From the NCBI GenBank assembly GCA_965263035.1, contig OZ253580.1, positions 5,856,001 through 5,920,000 of the forward strand: a stretch of DNA of 64,000 nt. Reading direction: 5' to 3'. Positions within the stretch are counted from its first letter, which is position 1; every line of letters begins with the position of its first letter. Made by a program: the position numbers and the translations under genes. The notes under the pieces were generated by a model. That model was not told the DNA's origin. It saw only the letters and a list, made by a program, of their open reading frames with translations, and did no database searches. The DNA is from Acidobacteriota bacterium (lineage in GTDB: Bacteria; Acidobacteriota; UBA6911; RPQK01; JAJDTT01). This document shows positions 29,228 to 39,979 of the stretch, piece after piece.

Positions 29228-30379
29228 TCAGATCCGACGCGCACCGAACTGTTCGTATCCCACCAGTTCGATGATCGTCTCGACCCTGCGATCCCCTCGA
29301 TAGAAGCTCGAGCTGACCCGGTCTCCGGGCCGCTTGTCTCCCAGCAACCGGACAATGTCGTCGTGGGTCCGAACCGGCTGGCCCTCCAGGGAGATCAGAA
29401 CGTCGCCCCCGATGATGAGGAAGAAGTTTCCGAGCAGGACCCTCCGGCGCCCGCCTCTCAGACCGGCCAGATCCGAAGAACTTCCCTCTTCCACTCGCTC
29501 GATCAGGAATCCTTCCTGGACCGGGAGGTTCAGGAAGGACGCCAGCCGCGGCGTCAGCGTGCGTCCCTGGACTCCGAACCAGGGGCGGCGCACGAACCCG
29601 TAGGACACCAGGTCGGGAACGATACGCCGCAATATGTTCACTGGGACGGCGAACCCGATCCCGGCGCTTTCGCCGGATCGCGAGTAGATGGCGGTATTGA
29701 TTCCGATGAGTTCCCCTCGCGTGTTCAACAGTGGACCGCCGCTGTTCCCGGGATTGATGGCGGCGTCACTCTGGATGACATTCTCGATGACTCCGGATTC
29801 GGTCCGGAGGCTTCGGCCCAGCGAAGAGATGATTCCCGTCGTCAGCGTGTGCTCGAAGCCGAAGGGATTGCCGATGGCCAGGACTTTCTGCCCGACTTTC
29901 AGATTGTCGCTGCTGCCCAGCTTGATGGGGTGAAGCTTTTCGGCCGGACATTCGATCTCCAGGATCGCCAGATCGTTGAAACGATCGGTCCCCAGAACCT
30001 TGGCCTCGTAGCTGCTCTTGTCGTAAAGCGTGACCTCGATCCGGCTGGCCTCCTGGACGACATGGAAATTGGTCACGATGCGACCCTTGCGGTCGATGAC
30101 GACTCCACTGCCGACGCCCCGTCTGGGGATGACGTCGAACCAGAAATCCCGCTCCAGCGTGGTGCTGGTCACGTTCACCACTCCGGGTCCCAGCTCGTCA
30201 TAGATGCGGATGTTGATATCTTCGCTCTGGGTTCGGGCGGTGTCGAACGTCCGGGTCTGGGTTTTCGTGAACCCGGCATGGGTCGGCTCGGGAACCGGAC
30301 ACCGCGTCAGGAAGGCCACCATCCCAGTGGAAAGCAGACTGCTGGTCAGAACCAGCTTCCAGAATTCCGTCCTGTTCAT
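29228..30379 (-). CDS. HtrA/DegP-like S1C serine protease with one PDZ domain
   Basis: TNFHVV, DLA, AIGNPFG, DAAINPGNSGGPL catalytic motifs. Confidence 0.92.
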   Translation of the reverse strand: MNRTEFWKLVLTSSLLSTGMVAFLTRCPVPEPTHAGFTKTQTRTFDTARTQSEDINIRIYDELGPGVVNVTSTTLERDFWFDVIPRRGVGSGVVIDRKGRIVTNFHVVQEASRIEVTLYDKSSYEAKVLGTDRFNDLAILEIECPAEKLHPIKLGSSDNLKVGQKVLAIGNPFGFEHTLTTGIISSLGRSLRTESGVIENVIQSDAAINPGNSGGPLLNTRGELIGINTAIYSRSGESAGIGFAVPVNILRRIVPDLVSYGFVRRPWFGVQGRTLTPRLASFLNLPVQEGFLIERVEEGSSSDLAGLRGGRRRVLLGNFFLIIGGDVLISLEGQPVRTHDDIVRLLGDKRPGDRVSSSFYRGDRRVETIIELVGYEQFGARRI

Positions 30380-30391
30380 GGCCCGATTATA

Positions 30392-31567
30392 CTATTCGGC
30401 AGATCCCCGAGGCTCCTCGACACTCAGGAAGAAGAGGATACCGGCAGCCACCGAGAGCAGCGCCACCAGGAAAACGACGGCCCCGTAACCGGACCAGGTA
30501 TAGCACCAGCCCGAGACCAGGACTACCAGCGCGATTCCCAGTTGCGAAAAGCAGTTTCGAAGGGCGAGGTATGAACCGCGCTCATCGATCCCCACCAGTT
30601 GCGTCTGCAGAGTCTGCAGAGCGGTCTGGCGGAAACTCACGCACAGACTTACGGCGAAGAAGAGGCCGATGAGTCCGCCCCCCCAGGGAATCGACACCAG
30701 ACCCGAAATGGTGAGGATGAAGGCCAGGTTGGCCAATAGAAACACCCTTCGCTTGGTCCAATGATCCACCACCCAACCCGAGATCAGACTGCCCGCGACG
30801 GCGGCGATCCCCGCCACCACAAACAACCAGGAGATCTGGACGGGAGCCAAGCCGAAACGGTCGATGAGATAACCGGAGAGATACACCATCAGCGCCATGG
30901 TGCCGCCGGCGACGGCGAAGGAGACCAGCAGGGCGCTTCTCAGGGGACGAACCGAGAAAAAACGCCGGTAGGCAAACTGTATTCTTGCCTTTGTCGGGGC
31001 TCCGGACCGGAAGTCCGGCAGCGGGCCCCAAAGGGATGCCAGGACTGCCGAGGCCAAGAGGCACGAAGCCAGAAATACACTCCTCCATTGCCAGCGATCG
31101 GCGATCCAGGTGCCGGCCGGAACTCCCACGATCAAGGCCACGAAATAGGCGCTCAGGACGATGCCCATGACCCTGCCCCGGCGACGGTAGGGAAAGACGT
31201 CGCCCACCAGACCGGCCGTGCAGGTCGAGATGAGTCCGGATGCCGCTCCGGTGCCGGCCCGCAGCCAGAGGAGTTGCGAATACCCTCCGGAGAAGTGGGT
31301 GACCAGAGCCAGCAGAGCGAAAACCGCCAGACCCGCCCGGAGAAACGGAAGCCGTCCCCAACGATCCGTCAGAGGACCCACCAGCAGGTTGAATCCTCCG
31401 GCCGTCAGCGCATAGACACTGAAGAGCCGCCCCATCCCCTCCACCGAAGTCCCATAGTCCGCTTCCAGGCGTCCCAGAAGGGGGATCAGCATCTGGGCGT
31501 CGACGGCGGCCAACAACAGCGCTCCAAACAGAGCGGCGATGGTCCAGCGGTCGCGAAACCGACTCAT
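30392..31567 (-). CDS. MFS transporter
   Basis: About 12 hydrophobic helices; motif A GPLTDRWGR. Confidence 0.88.
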   Translation of the reverse strand: MSRFRDRWTIAALFGALLLAAVDAQMLIPLLGRLEADYGTSVEGMGRLFSVYALTAGGFNLLVGPLTDRWGRLPFLRAGLAVFALLALVTHFSGGYSQLLWLRAGTGAASGLISTCTAGLVGDVFPYRRRGRVMGIVLSAYFVALIVGVPAGTWIADRWQWRSVFLASCLLASAVLASLWGPLPDFRSGAPTKARIQFAYRRFFSVRPLRSALLVSFAVAGGTMALMVYLSGYLIDRFGLAPVQISWLFVVAGIAAVAGSLISGWVVDHWTKRRVFLLANLAFILTISGLVSIPWGGGLIGLFFAVSLCVSFRQTALQTLQTQLVGIDERGSYLALRNCFSQLGIALVVLVSGWCYTWSGYGAVVFLVALLSVAAGILFFLSVEEPRGSAE

Positions 31568-32262
31568 GGATGGCGCAAGTGCCGGGTACGAGAGTTGATC
31601 CTGGCATCCGAAGGGCGCAGATAGTTCGCCTTCAACTGCCGTTCGCTACCGGTCTCACCCGACATGTGCCTCCGGTGGGCCAGAAGGCAGAGTTCCGGCA
31701 GGATGCAATTGTCTGAACTGGCGACTCGGGACTCGGGGTGAAGAGCCTGGATAGTGGTGCGGTACTGCTGTGCACCGTCACCGACGAAGAGATGATCTCC
31801 AGGGGGAACTTGCCTCAAGAACTCCGCCGGGGGCGCCACCTGTTCCTCGACCTCGAGGGAAACACCCGATTCAGGGTCGGTACGATAGGCGGCTCCGTAG
31901 ATCTGTTGCCTTCGCGCGTCGATCATGGGAACGATCCGGCTCCGGGCCCAGCGGAACCGGAAAGCGAGAGCTTCCAAGGTGGACAGCCCCACGGCAGGCC
32001 GATCCAGACTTTGGGCAAAGGCCTTGACCGTGGCCAAGCCGATTCGAAGTCCGGTGAATGAGCCCGGACCCGCTGCCACGGCAAAACACCCCAGTTGGGT
32101 GCGTTTCAACTGGAGACCATCGAGCAGAAACTCCACGCATGAGAGCACTTCTTCAGAATAGCGCAACGGCGCCTTCAACATGACCTGACCGATCACTTCG
32201 GCGTTTCGGCTCAAGGCTATCCCGCCGCTGTTGGTGGCCGTATCGAGGGCCAGGATGTACAT
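31564..32262 (-). CDS. tsaB: tRNA threonylcarbamoyladenosine biosynthesis protein TsaB
   Basis: ILALDTAT, GPGSFTGLRIG, IDARRQQIY, YLR. Confidence 0.93.
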   Translation of the reverse strand: MYILALDTATNSGGIALSRNAEVIGQVMLKAPLRYSEEVLSCVEFLLDGLQLKRTQLGCFAVAAGPGSFTGLRIGLATVKAFAQSLDRPAVGLSTLEALAFRFRWARSRIVPMIDARRQQIYGAAYRTDPESGVSLEVEEQVAPPAEFLRQVPPGDHLFVGDGAQQYRTTIQALHPESRVASSDNCILPELCLLAHRRHMSGETGSERQLKANYLRPSDARINSRTRHLRHP

Positions 32263-32359
32263 GGCGAACACTCCCCGAACAGGGCTCCCGGACCGCGTTC
32301 CGGAGCCCCGGAACTTGCGAAATTCCCGAAGTTTATTTCACACGTTGCTGATAAAGTAA

Positions 32360-34864
32360 ATGATTGTGGAACGCCTCACCCCGATGATGAAACAGTACCA
32401 TGAGATCAAGCTTCGGCACCCGGGGATCCTCCTTTTTTTCCGCTTGGGCGATTTCTACGAGATGTTCTATGAGGATGCCGTCGTCGCCAGCCGCGATATG
32501 GAGATCACCCTCACCGCCCGGAACAACAACGCCAATGGTCAACCCATTCCCATGTGCGGCGTGCCGCACCATGCCATCGAAACCTATCTGGGACGACTGA
32601 TCCGAAAAGGCCATAAAGTCGCGTTGTGCGAGCAGGTCGAGGATCCTCGCCTGGTCAAGGGACTTGTGCGGCGCGAGGTGGTCCGCATCGTCACTCCCGG
32701 GACCGTAATCGAGGAGGGCGTTCTCGACTCCAAGGAGAACAACTTTCTGGGTAGCCTCCTGCAACAGAATGACCGAGTCGGCCTCTCCTTTCTCGATCTC
32801 TCCACGGGGGAATTCTGGATCACCGAGTTCAGCGGCCGGGACTCTTGGCGGCGGGCCCGGGAAGAGTTGGCGCTCTTTCGTCCCCGGGAGCTGGTACTGG
32901 CGGAAAGGGACAGTTCCCGGATCGGAAAAGAGTTGTCCGCTAACGATTACCGGCAGGTCTCCCGCACCTTTCAGGAAGATTGGACTTTCGATTCCGACTA
33001 CGCCCGGCGCCTGCTCCTGGAACATTTCCAAGTGTCCACCCTGGAGGGCTTCGGCATCAATGGCCAGGGTGCGGCCGTATCGGCCGGGGGTTCCCTGCTC
33101 CATTACGTCCGGCAGACCCAGAAGGCTCCCCTGGACCACATTACCGAGGTGCGTCTCCTGGAAACGCGAGACCACCTCAAGATCGACGCGGCCAGCGTCC
33201 GAAATCTGGAACTGGTCCGGGAGCTGAACGGGGGGCGCCGCTGGACCCTCCTCTCGACCTTGGATTTCACCCGCACCGCCATGGGCGCACGCCTGTTGCG
33301 GCATCGGATCTTGCGGCCTTCCCTCGACCTGGAGCAGATCCGCGCAAGACAGGACGCAGTGGCTGAGTTGCAATCGTCTCTTCTCCAGATGGAGCGACTG
33401 GGTAAGCTCCTGGATTCGATCCAGGATCTGGAGCGGCTGCTGAGCCGCGTCACTCTGGGCACCGCCAACCCGAGAGATCTGGCGGCGCTCAAGACGTCAG
33501 TCCAGATACTGCCTCGATTGGCGCCCTTGCTGGAGCAATATGACAGCCGGTTGCTGGAACCACTCCAGGACACGCTGCCGGACGTGGCCGGGACATTGAA
33601 GACCTCCCTGGCCCAGAATCCCCCCGTCAGCTTGACGGAGGGAGGGATCATCGCGTCCGGTTTCCATGCCGAGTTGGACCAGCTTCGCGAGACAGCCCAT
33701 TCGGGAAAGTCGCTTCTGGCCCGTCTGGAATCCCAGGAACGAGAGCGGACGGGGATCTCCAGCCTCAAGGTCCGGTACAACAAGGTCTACGGCTACTTTA
33801 TCGAGGTCACCAGGACTCATTCCTCTTCTGTTCCCGAGGACTACGTCCGGCGTCAGACCCTGGTGGGTTCGGAACGGTTCATCACTCCCGAGCTCAAGGT
33901 CCACGAGGAGAAGGTTCTCCAGGCAGAAGAACGGATCTTCGAACTGGAACGAGATCTCTTCCTGCAGATCCGCCGTCAGATCGCCGGCGAAGCCGCCAGG
34001 ATTCAGAGCGCAGCCCGGCGTGTGGCGGAGCTGGACGTGTTGCTTTCGTTGGGCCAAGCCTCAAGAAAGAATGGCTACCGTAGACCTGAGGTCGACGACT
34101 CTTGCGATCTGGAAATCCACGAGGGAAGACATCCCGTGCTGGAGGTTCAGGACGGAGGTGAGCCATTCGTACCCAACCCGTTGCATACGAACAACGAATC
34201 CGATCAGATGCTGATCCTGACCGGTCCCAATATGGGGGGGAAGTCGACCTATCTTCGCCAGAATGCCCTCATTGTCATCATGGCCCAAATGGGTTCGTTC
34301 GTTCCGGCGGGCGAGGCGCGAATTGGCCTGGTGGACCAGATTTTCACCCGAGTCGGCGCCAGCGACGATCTCTCCCGCGGCCGCTCGACCTTCATGGTGG
34401 AGATGATCGAGACGGCAAACATCCTCAACAGCGCCACCCGGAGAAGCTTCATTCTGCTGGATGAAGTCGGACGCGGCACGGCCACGTTCGACGGACTCTC
34501 CATCGCCTGGGCCGTCGCCGAGTTCCTCCTGACCGAACCGGACCGCCGGGCCCGAACCCTCTTCGCGACCCACTACCAGGAACTGACCCAGTTGGAGCAG
34601 ATCTACGAAGGCGTCAAGAACTACCGGGTCGCAGTGAAGGAGTCGGGAGACAGGATTCTGCTTTTCCACCGAGTTCTGCCCGGCGTGGCCAACAAGAGCT
34701 ATGGAATCGAGGTGGCTCGGCTGGCAGGGCTACCGAGACGGGTGGTCGGACGCGCCCGGGAGATCCTCTCTCGGCTGGAACGCAAGGAACTCAACCTCTC
34801 GGGCAACTCCCCGCAGCCTCACGTTTCCAAACCCTTCGACCAGCTTCAGGGGACTCTCTTCTGA
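32360..34864 (+). CDS. mutS: DNA mismatch repair protein MutS
   Basis: TPMMKQY, FRLGDFYEMF, TGPNMGGKST, STFMVEM, DEVGRGT, SYGIEVARLAG and C-terminal clamp motif QGTLF. Confidence 0.98.
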   Translation: MIVERLTPMMKQYHEIKLRHPGILLFFRLGDFYEMFYEDAVVASRDMEITLTARNNNANGQPIPMCGVPHHAIETYLGRLIRKGHKVALCEQVEDPRLVKGLVRREVVRIVTPGTVIEEGVLDSKENNFLGSLLQQNDRVGLSFLDLSTGEFWITEFSGRDSWRRAREELALFRPRELVLAERDSSRIGKELSANDYRQVSRTFQEDWTFDSDYARRLLLEHFQVSTLEGFGINGQGAAVSAGGSLLHYVRQTQKAPLDHITEVRLLETRDHLKIDAASVRNLELVRELNGGRRWTLLSTLDFTRTAMGARLLRHRILRPSLDLEQIRARQDAVAELQSSLLQMERLGKLLDSIQDLERLLSRVTLGTANPRDLAALKTSVQILPRLAPLLEQYDSRLLEPLQDTLPDVAGTLKTSLAQNPPVSLTEGGIIASGFHAELDQLRETAHSGKSLLARLESQERERTGISSLKVRYNKVYGYFIEVTRTHSSSVPEDYVRRQTLVGSERFITPELKVHEEKVLQAEERIFELERDLFLQIRRQIAGEAARIQSAARRVAELDVLLSLGQASRKNGYRRPEVDDSCDLEIHEGRHPVLEVQDGGEPFVPNPLHTNNESDQMLILTGPNMGGKSTYLRQNALIVIMAQMGSFVPAGEARIGLVDQIFTRVGASDDLSRGRSTFMVEMIETANILNSATRRSFILLDEVGRGTATFDGLSIAWAVAEFLLTEPDRRARTLFATHYQELTQLEQIYEGVKNYRVAVKESGDRILLFHRVLPGVANKSYGIEVARLAGLPRRVVGRAREILSRLERKELNLSGNSPQPHVSKPFDQLQGTLF

Positions 34865-34931
34865 TTCCGGCCTCGAATTCCCAGGTCTATCGAACTGAGG
34901 CGCCGCCGGCAGATTTCGTGGGGACCGTGAA

Positions 34932-36533
34932 TTGAAGCGGTTCACGCTGGCGGGAATGGCATTGCTGGCGCTCCCGCTGTTCGTGTCTCTCGGCACCTCC
35001 TCCATCTGGGACTCGAACGAAGCCTTTTACGTTCAGACCCCTCGCGAAATGGCGGAACACGGGGATTGGATCGTTCCCCGCTTCAACGGCCAACCGCGAT
35101 TGAACAAACCCCCACTCAGCTATTGGCTGGTCGCCGCAGCCTACTCGTTATTTGGGGTCTCCGTCTTCTGGGAACGGCTGATTCTGGCCTTCTTGGCCTA
35201 CGCCTCCGTGTGGGCCGTTTTTCTCTCCGGACGTATTCTGGTCTCGGAACGGTCGGCATTGCTGGCGGCCGTCCTGTTCGCCACCACCTTCCGCTTCCAG
35301 ATCCTGGCTCGCAGGCTTCTCATCGACGTCCTGCTCCTGTTCTGCATCCTGGCGGCTCTGACCGCTTTCCTCTACTGGTGGAAGAGGAATCGTGATTCAG
35401 GCCTGGTCCTGGCGGCTCTCTTTCTGGGACTGGGAGTGTTGGCCAAAGGCCCGGTCATCCTCTTGCCTGCGCTCATTCTCGCCGTCTACACGTTCCTTAC
35501 GGTGCCGCCCGAACAGTTGCGCCGAGCTCCCTGGGTCCGTTCGCTCCTGGTGTTTTGCCTGGTCTCAAGTTCCTGGTATCTGCTGCTGGGGTTCACCCAA
35601 GGCTGGGACTCGGTGTTCGACTTCCTCTGGAAAGAGAATCTGGGCCGTTTCACCCACGTGGACTTCGGTCCCCAGCGGGGGCTCCAATACTATCCGCTGG
35701 TTTTTCTGGCTGATTATCTTCCCTGGTCGATCCTCCTTCTCGGCGCTTTGGCCGGCAGGTGGACCTCCCGCCAATACCCGGACCGCAATCTCTCCACCCT
35801 CCTCGCCCTCTGGCTGGGAGCCTTTCTCGTCTTCTTCTCCCTTTCTCACAACAAGCAGGAGTACTACATCCTCCCCGTTTACCCGGTGGCTTCCCTGTGG
35901 CTGGCCGCCTATCTGGACAGGGAGACATTGCCCGGCTGGAGCCGGTGGCTGATTTGCGGAGTCCTGCTCGCCGTCACCACGTCCCTGGCCGTTCTGGCTT
36001 ATTCCCTGTTCCGGGACGTGGCTGGGTGGTGGCTTCCCGTTCTCTTACTGGCGGGAGTTGCGTTGGGAGTGGCCGGATCACGGATTCGCCTGGCAGCTTG
36101 GACCTTGAGTCTCTTCTACGCGCTGGCTTTCCACGTCTACCTTCAACCTTTGGAAGAGTACCGTCCGGTCCGTCACCTGGCGGAGATCATCCGCTCCAGA
36201 ATCCCGTCCGGAGATCCTGTGACCGCCGGCTACTATCGATTGTCGACTCCAAGCCTCGCCTACTATCTGAATTCGCCTGTTCTGGAGCTCGGAACACTGG
36301 GACAGGCCCTGGAGGCGCTGCGGGCACCTCGGCCCGTCTATTTGATCATGGCTGCAGATGACTACACTGACCTGAAGAGGGAAATGGGTCCAACCCTGAA
36401 AATTGAGGGAGTCCGACCCAAACTGTATACTATCGGTTCCACGCTGGTCGAAGGATGGAAACTTGGCCGACTCGACACTCGCTCCGAGGCTTGGACCCGC
36501 CCCGTCTACTTGGTCAGCAACCAGGGTGGATGA
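34932..36533 (+). CDS. ArnT-like (PMT_2/GT83) membrane glycosyltransferase
   Basis: NEAFY..REM..GDW..PRFNGQPRLNKPPLSYW and LAKGPV; many transmembrane helices. Confidence 0.85.
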   Translation: MKRFTLAGMALLALPLFVSLGTSSIWDSNEAFYVQTPREMAEHGDWIVPRFNGQPRLNKPPLSYWLVAAAYSLFGVSVFWERLILAFLAYASVWAVFLSGRILVSERSALLAAVLFATTFRFQILARRLLIDVLLLFCILAALTAFLYWWKRNRDSGLVLAALFLGLGVLAKGPVILLPALILAVYTFLTVPPEQLRRAPWVRSLLVFCLVSSSWYLLLGFTQGWDSVFDFLWKENLGRFTHVDFGPQRGLQYYPLVFLADYLPWSILLLGALAGRWTSRQYPDRNLSTLLALWLGAFLVFFSLSHNKQEYYILPVYPVASLWLAAYLDRETLPGWSRWLICGVLLAVTTSLAVLAYSLFRDVAGWWLPVLLLAGVALGVAGSRIRLAAWTLSLFYALAFHVYLQPLEEYRPVRHLAEIIRSRIPSGDPVTAGYYRLSTPSLAYYLNSPVLELGTLGQALEALRAPRPVYLIMAADDYTDLKREMGPTLKIEGVRPKLYTIGSTLVEGWKLGRLDTRSEAWTRPVYLVSNQGG

Positions 36534-37524
36534 GCCCCCACCAAGGCTGTCCATCATCGTTCCCGTCTACAACGAAAGACCCAATTTGGAGATCCTGTAC
36601 CAAGATTTGACGCGGGTTCTCCAAGGGCTCAAGCCCGACTACGAGATTCTCTTCATCGACGACGGAAGCAGCGACGGAGGAAGTCGAATCCTGGCCGATC
36701 TCGCCGCACGGGACCATCATGTCCTGGTGCTGCAATTCGCTCGGAACTTCGGACAGACGGCAGCCCTGTCGGCCGGTTTCGACCATGCCCGGGGCGAGGT
36801 AATCATTCCCATGGATGCCGATCTCCAGAACGATCCCGCCGACATTCCGCAGATCCTGGACAAACTCGACGAGGGGTACGATGTGGTCAGTTGCTGGAGA
36901 AAGGATCGGCAAGACCCGTGGCTGACCCGGATTCTCCCCTCTCGGGCCGCCAATCGAATCATCAGCTGGATCAGCGGAGTCCGCCTCCACGACTATGGAT
37001 GCACGCTCAAGGGTTACCGGAGCGAAATCCTGCAACATATCCGTCTCTATGGAGAGATGCACCGGTTCATTCCAGTCTATGCGAGTTGGACGGGAGCCAG
37101 AGTGACGGAGATCCCGGTCCGCCATCACCCCCGTAGGCACGGAAGATCCAAGTATGGCCTCCTGCGGACCCTCAAGGTTCCTCTGGATCTGATGACCGTC
37201 AAGTTTCTGGTCAGCTATTCCACCAAGCCCATGTATCTCTTTGGCGGATTGGGGCTGGTCTCGATCCTGTCCGGATGGCTGCTCAGCGCGCTCGCCCTCT
37301 ACGAGAAGTTTATTCACGATGTGAAGGTCCACCGCAATCCCCTCCTCCTGCTTTCGGTGTTCCTCTGCATCGTCGGAATCCAATTCATTCTGTTCGGCCT
37401 GGTGGCGGAGCTCATCATCCGGACGTACCATGAGTCGCAGGGTAAGCCGACCTACATTCTCAGCCGGACGATCCGAAAGGAACAGGAGTCCCGATCGCAC
37501 TCGCGCGGCTCGGTCCCGGAGTAA
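36526..37524 (+). CDS. GT2 polyprenol-phosphate glycosyltransferase (ArnC-like)
   Basis: IIVPVYNE, IDDGSSDG, RNFGQTAAL, MDADLQNDP, LYGEMHRFIP and two C-terminal transmembrane helices. Confidence 0.9.
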   Translation: MDEPPPRLSIIVPVYNERPNLEILYQDLTRVLQGLKPDYEILFIDDGSSDGGSRILADLAARDHHVLVLQFARNFGQTAALSAGFDHARGEVIIPMDADLQNDPADIPQILDKLDEGYDVVSCWRKDRQDPWLTRILPSRAANRIISWISGVRLHDYGCTLKGYRSEILQHIRLYGEMHRFIPVYASWTGARVTEIPVRHHPRRHGRSKYGLLRTLKVPLDLMTVKFLVSYSTKPMYLFGGLGLVSILSGWLLSALALYEKFIHDVKVHRNPLLLLSVFLCIVGIQFILFGLVAELIIRTYHESQGKPTYILSRTIRKEQESRSHSRGSVPE

Positions 37525-37528
37525 TCAC

Positions 37529-38986
37529 ATGCAGGTTCTGGATTGGCTGCTGACGAACACGACGACGGTCTCGGGTTGGATCTGGGGTCTACCCATGATC
37601 GTGCTCCTCTTCGGTACCGGGATCCTCCTGACCGGGATGACCCGTTTTGTCCAGATTCGTCATCTGGCCAGCTCCATCCGGCAGATCTTGAAGGGACCCA
37701 AGGCCGAGACCCGGGACCACCGGCGGTCCCAGGGGGATATCACCCCGTTTCAGGCCCTGATGACCGCGTTGTCGGCGACTGTGGGCAATGGAAACATCGC
37801 CGGCGTCGCGACGGCCATTGCGGCCGGCGGTCCGGGAGCCGCCTTCTGGATGTGGATCACCGCTGTCTTCGGAATGGCCACCAAGTACTCGGAAGCGGTT
37901 CTGGCCATCCTCTTCCGCCGGCGCATGCGGGACGGAACCATGGCCGGCGGGCCCATGTACTACTGTCGAGACGGCGTCAGGGGGCGCCTGGGTTTCGTCT
38001 TGGGGGGCATATTCGCCGTGTGCGGTGCGGCGACCGCCCTTTTTGGAACGGGAAACATGTTCCAGTCCCAGTCCATGGCCATGGCCGTCCGGGAGCAGTT
38101 CGGAACTCCTCAATGGGTGACCGGTCTGATCATGAGCCTGTTGGTCGGCTTGGTGATCATCGGCGGAATACGCCGGATCGGAGCCGTGGCCGAGCGTCTG
38201 GTCCCGGTGATGATCATTTTCTACTTTTCCGGAGCGTTGCTGGTGATCGTCAGCAACATCTCGCTGGTCCCGGACGCCTTCCGGCTGATCGTCGTCTCCG
38301 CCTTCAGTCCTCAGGCGGTCTTTGGGGGAAGCGTGGGCATCGGAGTTCAGCAGGCGATGCGATTCGGAGTGGCTCGCGGCGTCCTCTCCAACGAGTCCGG
38401 TCTGGGCAGTGCGGCCATCGCCCATGGGGCTGCCCGGACTCGATTCCCCGTCGTCCAGGGTGGCATCGCCATGATGGGCACCTTCATCGACACCATCATC
38501 GTTTGCACGCTCACGGCTCTGGCCATTACCGTCTCCGGCGCCTACCGCAGTGCTTCCTTCCTGGTGGAGGACGGTCTCCTGGGGGCCGATCTCACCGTGC
38601 ACGCTTTCAGCGTGGGCATGCCCGATTGGACCGGAGGATGGGGAGGACTGGTCGTCGCCTTCGCCTCCCTGGTCTTCGGGTTCACTACGCTGGTCGGTTG
38701 GAGCTATTACGGTCAGATCTGCTGCGAGTATCTCTTCGGCCTGAAAGTCGTCAAGCCGTACCGGATCCTCTTCGTGGTGCTCCTGTTCGCGGGAGCGCTG
38801 CTCACCGGGCGCTATTCCTCGATCATCACCAACGTGGGGGACATCTGTAACGCCGCAATGGCGTTTCCCAATCTCATCGCGCTGATCTTCCTGAGCCGCC
38901 GGGTCGCGGACGTCACTCGGAAAACCTACGAGGCGGGAGATCCCTACGCGGCTCGCGTGCCCCGGCTGCCTGATCCTATCGGTTAG
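37529..38986 (+). CDS. Sodium:alanine/glycine symporter (AGCS family)
   Basis: ATVGNGNIAGVATAI, GGPGAAFWMW, GGPMYY, SNESGLGS. Confidence 0.93.
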   Translation: MQVLDWLLTNTTTVSGWIWGLPMIVLLFGTGILLTGMTRFVQIRHLASSIRQILKGPKAETRDHRRSQGDITPFQALMTALSATVGNGNIAGVATAIAAGGPGAAFWMWITAVFGMATKYSEAVLAILFRRRMRDGTMAGGPMYYCRDGVRGRLGFVLGGIFAVCGAATALFGTGNMFQSQSMAMAVREQFGTPQWVTGLIMSLLVGLVIIGGIRRIGAVAERLVPVMIIFYFSGALLVIVSNISLVPDAFRLIVVSAFSPQAVFGGSVGIGVQQAMRFGVARGVLSNESGLGSAAIAHGAARTRFPVVQGGIAMMGTFIDTIIVCTLTALAITVSGAYRSASFLVEDGLLGADLTVHAFSVGMPDWTGGWGGLVVAFASLVFGFTTLVGWSYYGQICCEYLFGLKVVKPYRILFVVLLFAGALLTGRYSSIITNVGDICNAAMAFPNLIALIFLSRRVADVTRKTYEAGDPYAARVPRLPDPIG

Positions 38987-39031
38987 TTTCCGGAAGGTGG
39001 ATACACGGGGAGTATCCGGATTCGAGCGACG

Positions 39032-39979
39032 TCACGGGGAAGCGGACCGGTCGGACGCTCGGGGCGGGAGTCCCGCCGCCTCTACGATTTCGGCCACCAA
39101 TTCTTCCTGCCGATAGGCCATGACGTGGACTCCGCTGATCCCGGGAATCTCCCGGGCCTCGCGAATGATCTCGACACAAATCTGCATGCCCTCGCGGCGC
39201 TGCCGGTTACCGGGAACTCCCTTGAGACGGCGGATCACCTCGTCCGGGATCACCACGCCAGGGACGTTGGTCCGGATCCATTCGGCCGCCTTGGCCGATC
39301 GTAGCGGGCCGACACCCAACAGGAAGAAGACCTTCTCGTGCAAGCCCAACTCTCGCGTCGACTTCATGAATTGGCGGAGTCTGGACATGTCAAAGCAGTA
39401 CTGGCTCTGAATGAAATCCGCTCCCGCCTCGATCTTCTTCAGCAGCCGGAAGGGACGATAATCGAAGGGGGGAGCGAAGGGATTGCTGGCCGCCCCGAGA
39501 AAAATCCGGGGGTTGGATTCCAGCTTCCTGCCGCTCAGGAAGCGGCCCTCGTCCCGGAGCAGGCAGGCCGTTCTCAAAAGATTCATGCAATCCAGATCGA
39601 AGACCGGCTTGGCGTCCGGATGGTCGCCCACGCCCACGCCGTCGCCCGTCAGGCACAGCACGTTCCGGATCCCCAGTGCGGCGGCTCCCAGCAGGTCTCC
39701 CTGAATGGCGATCCGGTTCCGGTCCCGGCAGGCGACCTGAAGCACCGGCTCGTAGCCCGCCTTCACCAGCAAGGAACAGACGGCCACGCTGGACATGTGG
39801 ACATGGGCGCCGGAAGCATCCGTGGCGTTGATGGCATCACACACCGGGGCCAGGACCAGCGCCCTTTCGTAGACCGAATTCGGGTCTGCGGTGTCGGGGG
39901 AATTGATCTCGGCGGTGACGGCGAATCCGCCCGAGCGAAGTACCCGCTCCAGCCTGGAGCCGGACTTCATGGGGTTCAC
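39032..39979 (-). CDS. metF: Methylenetetrahydrofolate reductase
   Basis: VTAEI, INATD, CRDRNRIAIQGDLLGA, LTGD, KKIEAGADFIQSQ; GTGA overlap with the upstream gene. Confidence 0.92.
   Translation of the reverse strand: MNPMKSGSRLERVLRSGGFAVTAEINSPDTADPNSVYERALVLAPVCDAINATDASGAHVHMSSVAVCSLLVKAGYEPVLQVACRDRNRIAIQGDLLGAAALGIRNVLCLTGDGVGVGDHPDAKPVFDLDCMNLLRTACLLRDEGRFLSGRKLESNPRIFLGAASNPFAPPFDYRPFRLLKKIEAGADFIQSQYCFDMSRLRQFMKSTRELGLHEKVFFLLGVGPLRSAKAAEWIRTNVPGVVIPDEVIRRLKGVPGNRQRREGMQICVEIIREAREIPGISGVHVMAYRQEELVAEIVEAAGLPPRASDRSASP

Noticed and set aside
32282-32308. GC hairpin between tsaB and mutS as a terminator
   Set aside because: It lies between divergent gene starts and has no U-tract.
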